A stretch of DNA of 64,000 nucleotides from Clostridia bacterium (GCA_050951325.1 JBMNIW010000012.1:96001-160000); one strand, 5' to 3'. Numbered from the stretch's first letter, positions 1-10,522 are shown. Made by a program: numbers and translations. The notes: generated from the sequence alone by a model not told the origin.

Positions 1-27
1 AAGCTCGCAAAACTTAAAAACCTTCAT
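1..27 (-). CDS. 5' end of a gene running off the left edge (MKVFKFCEL...)
   Basis: ATG at 27 on the minus strand, preceded by a GGGGG Shine-Dalgarno-like run; open to the window edge. Confidence 0.45.
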
Positions 28-63
28 GGCTTGCATCCCCCTGTTTTAACCCCTGTTTTTACT

Positions 64-148
64 CGGACCAATTAATTATACCACACTTGTTGTGTTGAAA
101 TAGCCTAAAAAAACTTAATGAATTCCACCCCTTTAATTAATTGGTCCG
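64..148. repeat. Perfect 15-bp inverted repeat (CGGACCAATTAATTA / TAATTAATTGGTCCG) with a 55-bp spacer in a divergent promoter region
   Basis: Arms at 64-78 and 134-148 are exact reverse complements. Confidence 0.85.
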
Positions 149-200
149 TGTGATAAGATTTATTTAAACATACCGTATAATCACAAAGGGGGTTATATAA

Positions 201-929
201 ATGAGAAAAACTTGGTTTTTGTACGCATTGGTCCTAATCCTTATCCTTTCAAGTTGTACACCCGTTGATGAAGATAAGGATGGTGCTAAATCAACACCCA
301 CACTATCTATAAGGACTGAAGCCCCGGGTACTACAGAAACACCTGATAAAGAGCCCACTTCGGAACCTACTGAAGAACCATCACCCGAGCCGGTTCCAAC
401 GGTTGAACCAGGCAAGGAAACGTATGCAGAGGGAATTAAGGATCCTGACAAGGGAGCCAGGTACACTTTCAGACCTTCAAAGGGACGTCCCGACCATATC
501 ATGATTAACGAGTCATTGGCCACTCAGTTCTTTGCAACGACCACCTTCAATAAACTTGAGTTGGAATGTCCAAGTTACCATGACAATATTGGTACTATTG
601 TAATGGAGCTTTACAGATGGATGGGCTCATACGACCTTACTTTGGACAAAGATAGCAATCCTCCAGTTGTTGTAGAAGAATTTGTGGATTACCCCGACAA
701 TGCAATTCTTGCAATTGAGCTTGACGAACCTTTGGTTGACGGTGAGTACCTGCTCTATCTTACAACTCCCGATCCAGCAGAACAGGTTGGTGTTTGGGCA
801 ACCTATGAAGCGGAAAATTTGCATACAAGAACATACAAGGACAACGAGGAATTTGAAGGAGTAGGTTTTGGTCCAATAATCTACTACACAAAGACGCCCA
901 ACAAACTTTACGGACCAATTTCAGGCTAA
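201..929 (+). CDS. Lipoprotein with Pro/Thr/Glu-rich linker and uncharacterised C-terminal domain
   Basis: Lipobox ILSSC; TEEPSPEPVPT linker; AAAGGGGG RBS. Confidence 0.8.
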   Translation: MRKTWFLYALVLILILSSCTPVDEDKDGAKSTPTLSIRTEAPGTTETPDKEPTSEPTEEPSPEPVPTVEPGKETYAEGIKDPDKGARYTFRPSKGRPDHIMINESLATQFFATTTFNKLELECPSYHDNIGTIVMELYRWMGSYDLTLDKDSNPPVVVEEFVDYPDNAILAIELDEPLVDGEYLLYLTTPDPAEQVGVWATYEAENLHTRTYKDNEEFEGVGFGPIIYYTKTPNKLYGPISG

Positions 930-943
930 AGGAAAGCAATATA

Positions 944-2680
944 ATGAAAATGTATGAATACCAATCCTTTCAAGAATCAGACAAAAAAGTACTCATGTTT
1001 TATCACTTGTGGCATGGATGTTTTACAGAAAGTGCTGTTAATATCGACATTCATGCCCCAAGGAACATAACCAGAACAATAAAGGAGAACAGAGATGCCC
1101 TTAATAACGAAGATATTTGGGGCCCCTATATCTCCTATCACTATTGGGGAGAGCCCTTGTTTGGTTACTATGATCTTGCCAAGGATGAGTATGTTATTAG
1201 AAAGCATGCACAAATGCTAACAGATGGCGGCGTGGACGGCATTGTAATTGACTACTCCAATTACATGGGAGGTCGCGGAAAAGCCTATACAAAAAATGAG
1301 CTCACAAATCTGCTAGAGACATATTTAAAAATGAGGGAAGAAGGAAACAGAACACCCGATGTAGCCATAATGTGCACCTGGAGCGCAGAAGAAGGTGCCA
1401 GGGCTGCCAATGACTTTTATGAAGACTTTTACTCTAAGGACAAATATTACGATATTTGGTTCAAGTGGGAAGGCAAGCCCCTTATACTTGTACATCCTCA
1501 AAAGATTTCATATGAGCTCAAAGACTTCTTTACCACAAGAAGGCCCTATCCTTTCTTGACACCCGTTGACGAGGAAAATGCCTGGCCCTGGCTTTCACTA
1601 TACCCACAAAAATGCGGGTATACGAAGGACAACCCGAAAGAAGTTGTTTCTGTAGGAATTGCCCAAAACTGGTCTGATAGTCTTGACTTTTTCAGTGCAA
1701 GAGATGAAAAAGGCCACTTTATAACCAGAGGAAGAAGCTGGTCTTCAAAAGGGCACAAGCTTCTAAAGGATCCTACCAGCAGTCTTTACGAAAGCCATAA
1801 AGGTGCAAATTTCAACGAATGCTTTGAAAGAGCGATAGAGCTTGATCCAAACGTCATTTTTGTAACTGGCTTTAATGAATGGATTGCTGCAAGATTTAAA
1901 AATGTACCCAGTTGGGCACGAATGTCAAAGGACACAACTCCACCTTTTGGGGCCTTTTGCGATGCCTTTACCACGGAGTTCAGCCGTGACATTGAACCCA
2001 CCAGAGAAGAGGAACTCAAAGACAGTTTCTATTTGATGCTGGTGGAGAATGTTCGCAGGTATAAGAGGGTGGAGAGTAAAACTGATATAATTGTTCCAAT
2101 CAGAATTGAAATCGACGGTAATTTTGAAGATTGGGATGGTGTAGAAAATGAATATCACGACGATGTTAATGATATTGCAAACAGACATGCTCAAGGTATA
2201 GGAAGACATGTCTATGTAAACACAACAGGAAGAAACGATTTTAAACTAATGAAAGTTGCCTATGACAATGATTACATATTCTTCTTCTGTGAAACAGTGT
2301 CTGACATTACACCATATACTGACGAGAACTGGATGAATCTCCTTTTGCATGTATCTTTTGACAGACCCCACTGGGAAGGTTACAATTTTATCGTAAACAG
2401 AACAGGAGTCAGGAATAACCACACAACTCTTGAAAAGTCCTTGGGAGGTTTCAACTGGGAAGTTGTAGACGATAAAATACCGTACCGAGTAAAAGGCAAC
2501 AAGCTGGAGCTGGCTATAAAGAGAAATGTTCTTGGCGTTTGTGACAAGGATATTGACTTTATGTTTAAATGGTGCGACAACATTAAGTACGAAGATATTC
2601 TCAACTTTTACACCGATGGCGACACAGCTCCCAATGGAAGATTCAATTTCAGGTTTTGTACAAAGGAGGTACAGACATGA
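944..2680 (+). CDS. GH99/GH71-like glycoside hydrolase, no signal peptide
   Basis: FYHLWHG, HYWGEPLFGYY, VIRKHAQML-GVDGIVID, VTGFNEW and FSRDIEP motifs; C-terminal IDGNFEDW beta-domain. Confidence 0.7.
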   Translation: MKMYEYQSFQESDKKVLMFYHLWHGCFTESAVNIDIHAPRNITRTIKENRDALNNEDIWGPYISYHYWGEPLFGYYDLAKDEYVIRKHAQMLTDGGVDGIVIDYSNYMGGRGKAYTKNELTNLLETYLKMREEGNRTPDVAIMCTWSAEEGARAANDFYEDFYSKDKYYDIWFKWEGKPLILVHPQKISYELKDFFTTRRPYPFLTPVDEENAWPWLSLYPQKCGYTKDNPKEVVSVGIAQNWSDSLDFFSARDEKGHFITRGRSWSSKGHKLLKDPTSSLYESHKGANFNECFERAIELDPNVIFVTGFNEWIAARFKNVPSWARMSKDTTPPFGAFCDAFTTEFSRDIEPTREEELKDSFYLMLVENVRRYKRVESKTDIIVPIRIEIDGNFEDWDGVENEYHDDVNDIANRHAQGIGRHVYVNTTGRNDFKLMKVAYDNDYIFFFCETVSDITPYTDENWMNLLLHVSFDRPHWEGYNFIVNRTGVRNNHTTLEKSLGGFNWEVVDDKIPYRVKGNKLELAIKRNVLGVCDKDIDFMFKWCDNIKYEDILNFYTDGDTAPNGRFNFRFCTKEVQT

Positions 2681-4665
2681 CAAGAAAAATATTGGCAATA
2701 CTTCTTTGCCTTCTTATGGCTGCCACACTAATGGGCAATACACCCTTTTGGGATACATACCCCGATACATGGGTGCTGATTGATGAACTGGGGAGGGAAA
2801 CTCCCACCGCAAAGGAAACCGGCCCTGTCAGGAAGGATAAATACGTAGTAATTTTCTATCACATATGGCATGGGGATTTCATGGCTCCCACAGTAAGCAG
2901 CGACCCTCAGGCTCCCAGGAATGTATCCAGGATAATCAGGGAGAATGAGGACTGGCATACCAATACGAAACTTTGGGGACCAAACATATCCTATCACTAC
3001 TGGGGTGAGCCCTTGTTTGGTTACTATGATCTGGCCAACGATGAGTATGTCATCAGGAAGCACGCACAAATGCTTTCAGACTGCGGCGTTGATGCGATAG
3101 TCATTGACTATTCAAACTACATGGGTGGCGGCGGCATGGGATACACCAAAAAGGCTTTAACTAATCTTCTCAATGTTTTTAACAAGATAAGGTCCGAGGG
3201 TAAGAAAACTCCTCAAGTAATGTTTTTGTGCACCTGGGGTCTTTCTGAAAGCGCAAAGGCAGCTCAAGACTTCTACAATGATTTTTATACGAAGAAAGAG
3301 TACAAGGACCTTTGGTTCATATATGAGGGAAAACCGTTGATTCTGGCACATCCGGACTACATGAGTGATGAACTTAAAAGCTTCTTTACAATAAGGAAAC
3401 CCTATCCTTTTTATACTCCTGTAGATGCTGAAAACACATGGCCCTGGCTGTCCCTTTATCCTCAGGAGCCTGGATATACGCAGGACAATCCTTGCGAGGT
3501 GGTTTCCGTAGGTGTTGCACAGAACTGGTCTGAGAGTCTGGATTTCATGAGTTCCCAGGATGAAAACGGCAACTTTATCGCAAGAGGAAGAAGCTTTACT
3601 TCAAAGAATCAAAAGCTTTTGAAAAATCCAACAAGTAGTGAATACGAAAGCGCAAAGGGTCTAAACTTCCAAGAAAGCTTTGACAGGGCGATCGAACTTG
3701 ATCCCACCGTTATTTTCGTCACAGCATTCAACGAATGGATCGCAGCAAGGTTTTTGGATATTCCTGACTGGGCTGCTTTATCCAAGAACCCGACTCCACC
3801 TTTTGGCGGTTTCTGCGATGTCTTTACAACCGAATTCAGCAGAGACATAGAACCTACCAGGGAAGGTGGTCTTAACGACAATTTCTACAACCAACTGGCA
3901 ATAAACATTAGAAGGTTCAAGGGTACCGGCAAACAGAAGCATGAAGCAAAGCCAAAAACCATAACAATCGATGGTGACTTTGGCGACTGGGATGACATTC
4001 ACCTTGAGTACAGGGACGATATGTATGACATTTCAGTCAGGGATGCAAAGGGTATTGGCAAAAACCATTATATAAACACGTCTGGAAGAAATGACTTTAA
4101 AGTCTGCAAAGTAACCCATGACAACAATAACGTATATTTCTATGTGGAAACTATGGAGCCTCTTACTCCCTTTGACGGGCCTTACTGGATGAATCTTTTT
4201 ATTCGTGTTAAAGGCAAAGGTGCTCATGACAAGTCCTGGGAAGGCTTCCAATACATTCTTAGCAGAAGAAATGTAAGTGAAGACTACACCCGTCTTGAAA
4301 GAAGCACCGGAGGTTGGAACTGGGAAATTGTTTACGACTACGTTGAATACAAGGTAACAGAAAACAAGATGGAACTTGCAATTCCGCGTTATGCTCTTGG
4401 TATAGACAATACTAAAAACATTGACATAGAGTTTAAATGGTTTGACAATATGCAGCATGAAGGCGACCCTTTGGAGTTCTATTTAAACGGAGACACGGCT
4501 CCAAACCAGAGGTTTGCTTACTCATACAGATTTATTGGCGATAACAAAGGCGATAAATCACCTGCTTTGACAATAGCTTTAGGAGCAGGACTGGTTGTAC
4601 TATCCATTTTAATTGTGATAGTAATACTAATATCAAATAAAAAGAAGAGGGGTATTAATGGTTAA
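2677..4665 (+). CDS. GH99/GH71-like glycoside hydrolase, secreted with C-terminal membrane anchor (paralogue of 944-2680)
   Basis: Same motifs; signal peptide MTRKILAILLCLL; C-terminal TM plus KKKR; AGGAGG RBS and ATGA overlap. Confidence 0.72.
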   Translation: MTRKILAILLCLLMAATLMGNTPFWDTYPDTWVLIDELGRETPTAKETGPVRKDKYVVIFYHIWHGDFMAPTVSSDPQAPRNVSRIIRENEDWHTNTKLWGPNISYHYWGEPLFGYYDLANDEYVIRKHAQMLSDCGVDAIVIDYSNYMGGGGMGYTKKALTNLLNVFNKIRSEGKKTPQVMFLCTWGLSESAKAAQDFYNDFYTKKEYKDLWFIYEGKPLILAHPDYMSDELKSFFTIRKPYPFYTPVDAENTWPWLSLYPQEPGYTQDNPCEVVSVGVAQNWSESLDFMSSQDENGNFIARGRSFTSKNQKLLKNPTSSEYESAKGLNFQESFDRAIELDPTVIFVTAFNEWIAARFLDIPDWAALSKNPTPPFGGFCDVFTTEFSRDIEPTREGGLNDNFYNQLAINIRRFKGTGKQKHEAKPKTITIDGDFGDWDDIHLEYRDDMYDISVRDAKGIGKNHYINTSGRNDFKVCKVTHDNNNVYFYVETMEPLTPFDGPYWMNLFIRVKGKGAHDKSWEGFQYILSRRNVSEDYTRLERSTGGWNWEIVYDYVEYKVTENKMELAIPRYALGIDNTKNIDIEFKWFDNMQHEGDPLEFYLNGDTAPNQRFAYSYRFIGDNKGDKSPALTIALGAGLVVLSILIVIVILISNKKKRGING

Positions 4666-6496
4666 AGATGTATTCTATGAATTGCCTGCAGGAAGTGTTA
4701 AAATTGACGGGCTGTTTGAGGACAAAATCAACAACATTGTGGAAAACACATTGAAAAAACTCAATTATGAGAAACTGGTGGACTTTTTCAGGCTTACACT
4801 CAATCAGTTTGCCACAGGAGAATTCTGGGGTAAAACGGTTCGTGCAGGCTGTCTTCTGTATAATTTCACCCAGGATGAGGAACTGTTTAGTATCCTGGAG
4901 GAAACGGTAAACGACATGCTGTCTGTTCAAAAGGAGGACGGATGCATTAGTACAGTACCTTATGAAACCCAGCCCAACGGAACTCACGGCTCTGATATGT
5001 GGGAGAGAAAGTATGCAATGCTTGGTCTTCTTTCTTACTATGACATTACAGGCAGAGAAGATGTTCTGAACGCAATAATGAGGCTTTGCGACTATACAAT
5101 CTCGCAAGTAGGCAATCCGCCAAAAACACCTATTACTGAAACAGGCTGGGCGTTTTACGGCATAGAGTCCAGCTCCATTCTTGAGCCTGTAGTGAGGTTG
5201 TATAATATAACAAGGGAAAAGAGATATCTTGATTTTGCCAAATATATCATAGATTCAGGGGCATGCAAGAGGGAGAATATCTTTGAGGCAATATACAAAA
5301 AGGAACCAAAGGATATAGGAGGCAATGGCATACCTGAAGAAAGCATTGCAAAAGCCTATGAAATGATGTCCTGCTTTGAAGGTATGCTTGAGTTCTACAG
5401 GGCAACCGGCGATGAAAAATACAAGGAAAATGTACAAATCTTTTATGACAAACTTATCGAGCAGGAAATCACCCTGTTAGGCTCTGGTGGAGCTAACAAG
5501 CCCTTTAACTTAGGTCCTGGAATTGGCGAGCAGTGGAACCATACCGCCTACGAGCAGACAAATCCAGATATTGATCTTATGATGGAAACTTGTGTGACTG
5601 TTTACTGGATGAAGCTTTGTCATCAGCTTTTTAGACTGACAGGCAACTCAAAGATTGCGGATCAGCTAGAAATTTCTGCATACAATGCACTAATCGGCGC
5701 TATAAAGCCGGATGGGAAATTCTTTGAGTACTTCCCCAGATTCAATGGAACAAGGAATCCAAAGGTCAACTACAGTTTTAATATTGATGGGTTCGACTTA
5801 AGCTGCTGCACAGCAAACGGTCCTACAGGTCTTGCACTGTTTGCTTCTGGCATATACATGAAGACTGAAAACGGACTTGCCATAAACTATTATGTACCAG
5901 GAAAAGTCACACTGGAGGACTTTAGCCTTGTTGTTGATACTGATTATCCTGTTACAGGCAGAGTGAATCTCAAGGTGGAGACAAAGGAAAAGAAGCAAAT
6001 GGAACTAATGTTCAGAGTACCTTCCTGGACAAAAGCTTTTACAATTCGTATAAATGATGAAGATGTAACAAATATTGATAATGGATATGCAAAGGTTGAC
6101 AGACTGTGGCAGAGTGGCGATTTAATAAGCCTAGATATTGACATGACATGCAAAGTGTTTGATGCTCCTCTTGGTAGCAACAGATTAGGCGACGATTTCG
6201 CAGCCGTTATGAGAGGTCCGATTCTTCTTGCAAGAGACAGAAGGCTCGGAGAAGACATTTATGAAAAAGTTTCTTTCTGGCATCTTGATTTTGAACCGAG
6301 AAAGCAGCAAAAGAGGGTGCGTGAATACGACAGCGAGCCTGAATGCATTCTGGTAGAACCTGAGATTGACGCACTTATGCAGGTAAAAATCAAGACAGAC
6401 AAGGGATATATAAATATGATTGATTACCAGTCTGCAGGCATTACATGGGATGAAAGCTCCGAGTTTGCAAGCTGGTTGCCTAGAGAAAACAGATAA
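4658..6496 (+). CDS. GH127 beta-L-arabinofuranosidase-like glycoside hydrolase
   Basis: GEFWGK, AYEMMS, METCVTVYWMKL, SCCTANG and MRGPILLA motifs. Confidence 0.8.
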   Translation: MVKDVFYELPAGSVKIDGLFEDKINNIVENTLKKLNYEKLVDFFRLTLNQFATGEFWGKTVRAGCLLYNFTQDEELFSILEETVNDMLSVQKEDGCISTVPYETQPNGTHGSDMWERKYAMLGLLSYYDITGREDVLNAIMRLCDYTISQVGNPPKTPITETGWAFYGIESSSILEPVVRLYNITREKRYLDFAKYIIDSGACKRENIFEAIYKKEPKDIGGNGIPEESIAKAYEMMSCFEGMLEFYRATGDEKYKENVQIFYDKLIEQEITLLGSGGANKPFNLGPGIGEQWNHTAYEQTNPDIDLMMETCVTVYWMKLCHQLFRLTGNSKIADQLEISAYNALIGAIKPDGKFFEYFPRFNGTRNPKVNYSFNIDGFDLSCCTANGPTGLALFASGIYMKTENGLAINYYVPGKVTLEDFSLVVDTDYPVTGRVNLKVETKEKKQMELMFRVPSWTKAFTIRINDEDVTNIDNGYAKVDRLWQSGDLISLDIDMTCKVFDAPLGSNRLGDDFAAVMRGPILLARDRRLGEDIYEKVSFWHLDFEPRKQQKRVREYDSEPECILVEPEIDALMQVKIKTDKGYINMIDYQSAGITWDESSEFASWLPRENR

Positions 6497-6505
6497 GAGT
6501 ATTGA

Positions 6506-6537
6506 AAAATGCCAGAGGTTTTAGCCTCTGGCATTTT
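6506..6537. terminator. Bidirectional rho-independent terminator
   Basis: AAAATGCCAGAGG-loop-CCTCTGGCATTTT between convergent genes. Confidence 0.85.
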
Positions 6538-6539
6538 AT

Positions 6540-8096
6540 TTACTCACCAATTTTTAGTATCGGTGTAAGTCTCTCATTTAAAGATTCCGCATCCACAATA
6601 AATTCTTCAAAGGTACGGGTCTTTTCCTTGTTCCAGGTATTCTCGCTAAGAGCAGGAAGTCTTTCAAGAAGCAACCTCATCTCCTCTTTAACACCGTCTT
6701 CAACATTCTCAAATTGCTTTTCAATGTGGTCTCCCCATGCCAGCAATTGTCCTCCAATAACCTTGTCATGAGGCTCAATCTTGATTCCACCTGTTTTAAT
6801 ATATGGGGACTGGGGATGCACAGGCTTCCATGAGAAAATATCCCACTCGAAGACTTCCTCCACCGGCCATTTCGCCACAGGAGTTACAACATACATGGGA
6901 TTCCATGAGCAGTTGATTATTGTAAATCCACCCTCAAGTAGGTCTGGTGTTATCTGATAGTAGTTCTCCCAGCTCATGACGATGATATCCTTTGATACCA
7001 TGTCGTTAACCTCTTTAGCAAAGCCTTCCCAAACTATCGGAGTTTTTTCATTCTTGAACACCACATTTCCAATACGGGAGACGAAATGTGCAAGCATCTG
7101 TTCTGACAAAAGTCTCTTATCGGACATGTCCGAGTCAATTCCTTGTGTCTTTGCATAGTCCCTGCACCTCTTGCACTGGGTCCAGTTTGCTATAGCGGCT
7201 TCATCTCCACCTATGTGAATGTATTTGGAGTATTTAAAGATTTCACACAGCTCGTCAAATATTGTCTCAAGAGCCTCAAAAGCATCCTCATGCTGGTGGA
7301 TGATACCGCCAAATCCGAATATCTTCGAGTATTTCTGCTGGAATTGAGTACAGTGCCCTGGTATGTCTATCTCAGGCATAAGTTCAATGCCTCTTTCATG
7401 GGCATATTCAACCAAAGTATTCAGCTGTTCCTTTGTGTAATGCCTGTTCTCTGTTGGAAGATCAGGATATGCATCACTTGGCAGAGTATAGCTCTGGTCG
7501 TCCGTAAAGTGGAGATGCAGTACAGATATTTTGTAGAAATAGCACATGTCAACATAGTTTAAGAGATACTCAAACTCATGCCAATCTCTTGCCAGATCCA
7601 CCATCATGCCTCTGTAGGTGGAATCAGGGGCATCGTTTATCTCCACTGCCGGGATATATATTCCGTCTTCCGCCTTCTCCATAATTTGAAGAAGAGTTGC
7701 AAGGCCATTGTTAATGCCCTTTTCAGTTGATGCGTAAACTTTTATGCTTTTTTTGTCCGCAACAATTCTGTATGCTTCGCCATCAAGCCCATTGTCTTTA
7801 TTCAATACGATATCCGCTTTATTATTTTCCTTGAACTCAACGTCAAAAAGCTTTTTGCCATACTCGCTAAAGGAGTTCATGGCATTTTTAAACTCGTTTT
7901 CCTCAGTCTTTATGGTTGCATTGTACTTGTACGCTTTATATTCACCCTTGTCGTTCTTCTCGCCGTTTATCTCCTTGGGATTTGGCACCAAGTTGAAAGA
8001 CTCAACAAATTTGCTCTCCCTGTTGAATCCCTGACAGGCACCTAATACACCTAGCAGCATAAACGACAAAATGATGTATAAAGTCTTCTTTAGCAT
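6540..8096 (-). CDS. GH20 beta-N-acetylhexosaminidase family lipoprotein
   Basis: Lipobox LGAC; YRGMMVDLAR, HLHFTDDQS, PEIDIPGH and catalytic HIGGDEA. Confidence 0.9.
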   Translation of the reverse strand: MLKKTLYIILSFMLLGVLGACQGFNRESKFVESFNLVPNPKEINGEKNDKGEYKAYKYNATIKTEENEFKNAMNSFSEYGKKLFDVEFKENNKADIVLNKDNGLDGEAYRIVADKKSIKVYASTEKGINNGLATLLQIMEKAEDGIYIPAVEINDAPDSTYRGMMVDLARDWHEFEYLLNYVDMCYFYKISVLHLHFTDDQSYTLPSDAYPDLPTENRHYTKEQLNTLVEYAHERGIELMPEIDIPGHCTQFQQKYSKIFGFGGIIHQHEDAFEALETIFDELCEIFKYSKYIHIGGDEAAIANWTQCKRCRDYAKTQGIDSDMSDKRLLSEQMLAHFVSRIGNVVFKNEKTPIVWEGFAKEVNDMVSKDIIVMSWENYYQITPDLLEGGFTIINCSWNPMYVVTPVAKWPVEEVFEWDIFSWKPVHPQSPYIKTGGIKIEPHDKVIGGQLLAWGDHIEKQFENVEDGVKEEMRLLLERLPALSENTWNKEKTRTFEEFIVDAESLNERLTPILKIGE

Positions 8097-8097
8097 T

Positions 8098-9363
8098 TTA
8101 TTCTCTTCCTTTCTTGCTTCTGATAATTATGAACACAATTGCAGCTACTGCAATTATTGCCACTACAACAACACCAATAATTATACCAGTATTACCTTTG
8201 TCATCTTTTTCGCCTGTTTCGGTTGGCTTTTCCGTCTCGGCGGCAGTCTGAGTAGGAGTGGTTTCCAAAGTCGGAGTAGGTTCTGGTGTTTCTGTCGGCT
8301 CCGGGGTATATACAGGTCTTTCATCAAGCTCGGCAAAAAGATTTTCAATTATGTCGAGTTTTAAGGTGCCTTCTTCATACACGTCTCCATCCAGATATGA
8401 TGTAACTCCTTCTTTTGTTGCATGCGCCCAGAGGTTAAGACCATCATAACAAGAAATTTCAACCAGATAGTCTCCAAGAGCATAAGCCCTGTCAAAACGC
8501 ACATAGAAGTGCTCGTATTGTCCAGGACCGCCGGACTCGGCTTCAATGACATTGTGGTAAATTGGAGTCTGGCTTGTAGTGGTGTCATAGTCGTCTTTCC
8601 ATTTATACACCTTCAGTTCAATCTCACCATACCCTGTCTCAAGGAACAAATCATTGAAAACGATTCCTGTAAACTTCCCGTTCTTTACTGAAAATTTATG
8701 AGCCACACTTGCATAGTTTCCAACCTGAATGTAGCTGAGGCCATCTGCAGAAGCACCGTTTCCATATGCCGCTATAATTACTTCCTGTGAATCAATATTG
8801 GTATTAGGTTCTTCGTTAAGTTCTGCCGCAGGGTCTACTATGCAGTTAATTCTATACGATACATTTTCATAAACTTCCTGCTCAAAGTACGCAACACTGT
8901 CAGAATGTGCAGCATGGGTTGGTATATGCAAGGGATTTCCTGACAACCTATAGTATACCAACAGGTACTCACCTTCAGCAAAAGCCCTGTCAAAATCAAC
9001 CGTGAAGTCTGCTTCACCGGGATTCACCCATCCCTGGGACACAGAATCTTCTATCATGTCTGAGAAGATTGGTGATCCTGAGATTGTTGTCCGATAGTCC
9101 GTATCCCATTTATACAGTATGAGGGCGGTGGACATGGGGGCTGCATACCAGCTGGGTACTACCAGTCCGACGAACTTTCCTCCTTTTACATTAAGACGTA
9201 CAGCCACTATTCCTTCACCAGTGTTTTTGAATCTGCTTCCATCTGGAGCTTCTTCATCACTGTACATTTTTATTAAGCTTTCTTCTGCGTGTATGCCTCC
9301 AAAAGAGGCAAGACACAGTATGAGTGCTAGGGTAAATAAAATCATTCTGGTTATGTTCTTCAT
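8098..9363 (-). CDS. Secreted, C-terminally anchored surface protein with two internal repeat domains and a PT-rich stalk
   Basis: Signal peptide ending GIHA; repeated GGKF..LYKW..DY.TT....PI..FDRA...G(E/D)YL; PTETPEPTPT; TM plus KK; GAGGTG RBS before ATG 9363. Confidence 0.75.
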   Translation of the reverse strand: MKNITRMILFTLALILCLASFGGIHAEESLIKMYSDEEAPDGSRFKNTGEGIVAVRLNVKGGKFVGLVVPSWYAAPMSTALILYKWDTDYRTTISGSPIFSDMIEDSVSQGWVNPGEADFTVDFDRAFAEGEYLLVYYRLSGNPLHIPTHAAHSDSVAYFEQEVYENVSYRINCIVDPAAELNEEPNTNIDSQEVIIAAYGNGASADGLSYIQVGNYASVAHKFSVKNGKFTGIVFNDLFLETGYGEIELKVYKWKDDYDTTTSQTPIYHNVIEAESGGPGQYEHFYVRFDRAYALGDYLVEISCYDGLNLWAHATKEGVTSYLDGDVYEEGTLKLDIIENLFAELDERPVYTPEPTETPEPTPTLETTPTQTAAETEKPTETGEKDDKGNTGIIIGVVVVAIIAVAAIVFIIIRSKKGRE

Positions 9364-9610
9364 TATGTACACCTCGCCAAATATTTTTATCCTCCTTTAT
9401 TACCTATAATATATCATATATTTGAGAAAAATCGTTTAAAAAAATGTCGTAACAAAAGTGTTCAAATATATATGGATGGCATAATAAAAATAATTTAACA
9501 AAAGGAATGCAACGGAGGTTATTAGCTACCGTTTCTTGTGATAAATGCAGATTGATTCTATTGTTATAAAATTCAAATTGTGTTAGAATTTGAATCAAGG
9601 AGGAAGAGAC

Positions 9611-10489
9611 GTGCACAAACTTTACAGAGGACAAGATGAATACGGAAGAAGAGAGGTTGCGGAATACAGATATATCGACAAGAACTTCCCTTTGAAAATA
9701 GGGAGGGTTGTGTATCTTAGAAAATGCATCCCTCTTGGAACTGAGATTCACAAGGACGCCTTTGAGATTACTTACATGACCAAGGGCAAACAAATTTACG
9801 AGGTCGAAGGCATAAAGCACACGGTTTATGCAGGAGAAACCTTCATTACTCTTCCTGATGAAGAACACAGTACCGGTGGAGAACCTTTCGACAAGTCAGA
9901 GTTTTTCTACATGATAGTTGAACTAAAAAACTTCCCCGAATACTTTCTTTCTCCAACAAAAGATGAAAGAAAAAGTCTTCTTGATGCATGTATTGAAACC
10001 TTCAAGGAAAACAGAATTATTCAGCTTGGTTTTGAAGCTCATCACTACTTTAATACTATACTGGAAACATTTGAATCAGACAGCCCTTTCAAAATGACTA
10101 TTGTAAGGAATGCTCTTACTGATTTGTTGATTATGATGCTTGATAGCTCCAACGTTAAAAAGGAAACCAAAGATCCTTTCCTCACGCCTGTATTGGAATA
10201 TATTGATGAGAATTTTGAGTCTCACATAGACATGCAGTATCTTGCCGACATGGCAGGTGTAAGCAAGTCAAGGTTTCAAAAGAAATTCAAGGAGTATACG
10301 GGTTTTCCACCAAGGGAATACATCATGAGAAAAAAGGTGGAAAGGGCAAGAGAACTCTTGGACAATTCAGACCTTACAGTAACCGACATTGCTTTCATGC
10401 TTAACTTCTCATCTTCCCAATATTTCAGTACAGTATTTAAGCAGTATACAAATATAACGCCAGTGGAATACAAGAATAGTAAGAAATAA
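9611..10489 (+). CDS. AraC family transcriptional regulator (cupin plus HTH)
   Basis: EIHKDAFEITY cupin; LADMAGVSKSRFQKKFK and IAFMLNFSSSQYFSTVFKQYT; GTG start after AGGAGG. Confidence 0.92.
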   Translation: MHKLYRGQDEYGRREVAEYRYIDKNFPLKIGRVVYLRKCIPLGTEIHKDAFEITYMTKGKQIYEVEGIKHTVYAGETFITLPDEEHSTGGEPFDKSEFFYMIVELKNFPEYFLSPTKDERKSLLDACIETFKENRIIQLGFEAHHYFNTILETFESDSPFKMTIVRNALTDLLIMMLDSSNVKKETKDPFLTPVLEYIDENFESHIDMQYLADMAGVSKSRFQKKFKEYTGFPPREYIMRKKVERARELLDNSDLTVTDIAFMLNFSSSQYFSTVFKQYTNITPVEYKNSKK

Positions 10490-10519
10490 GGTCGAAAGTT
10501 ATAACCTTCCGACCTTTTT
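10488..10519. terminator. Rho-independent terminator between convergent genes
   Basis: AAGGTCGAAAG / CTTCCGACCTT stem (one mismatch) followed by a T run. Confidence 0.65.
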
Positions 10520-10522
10520 GCT

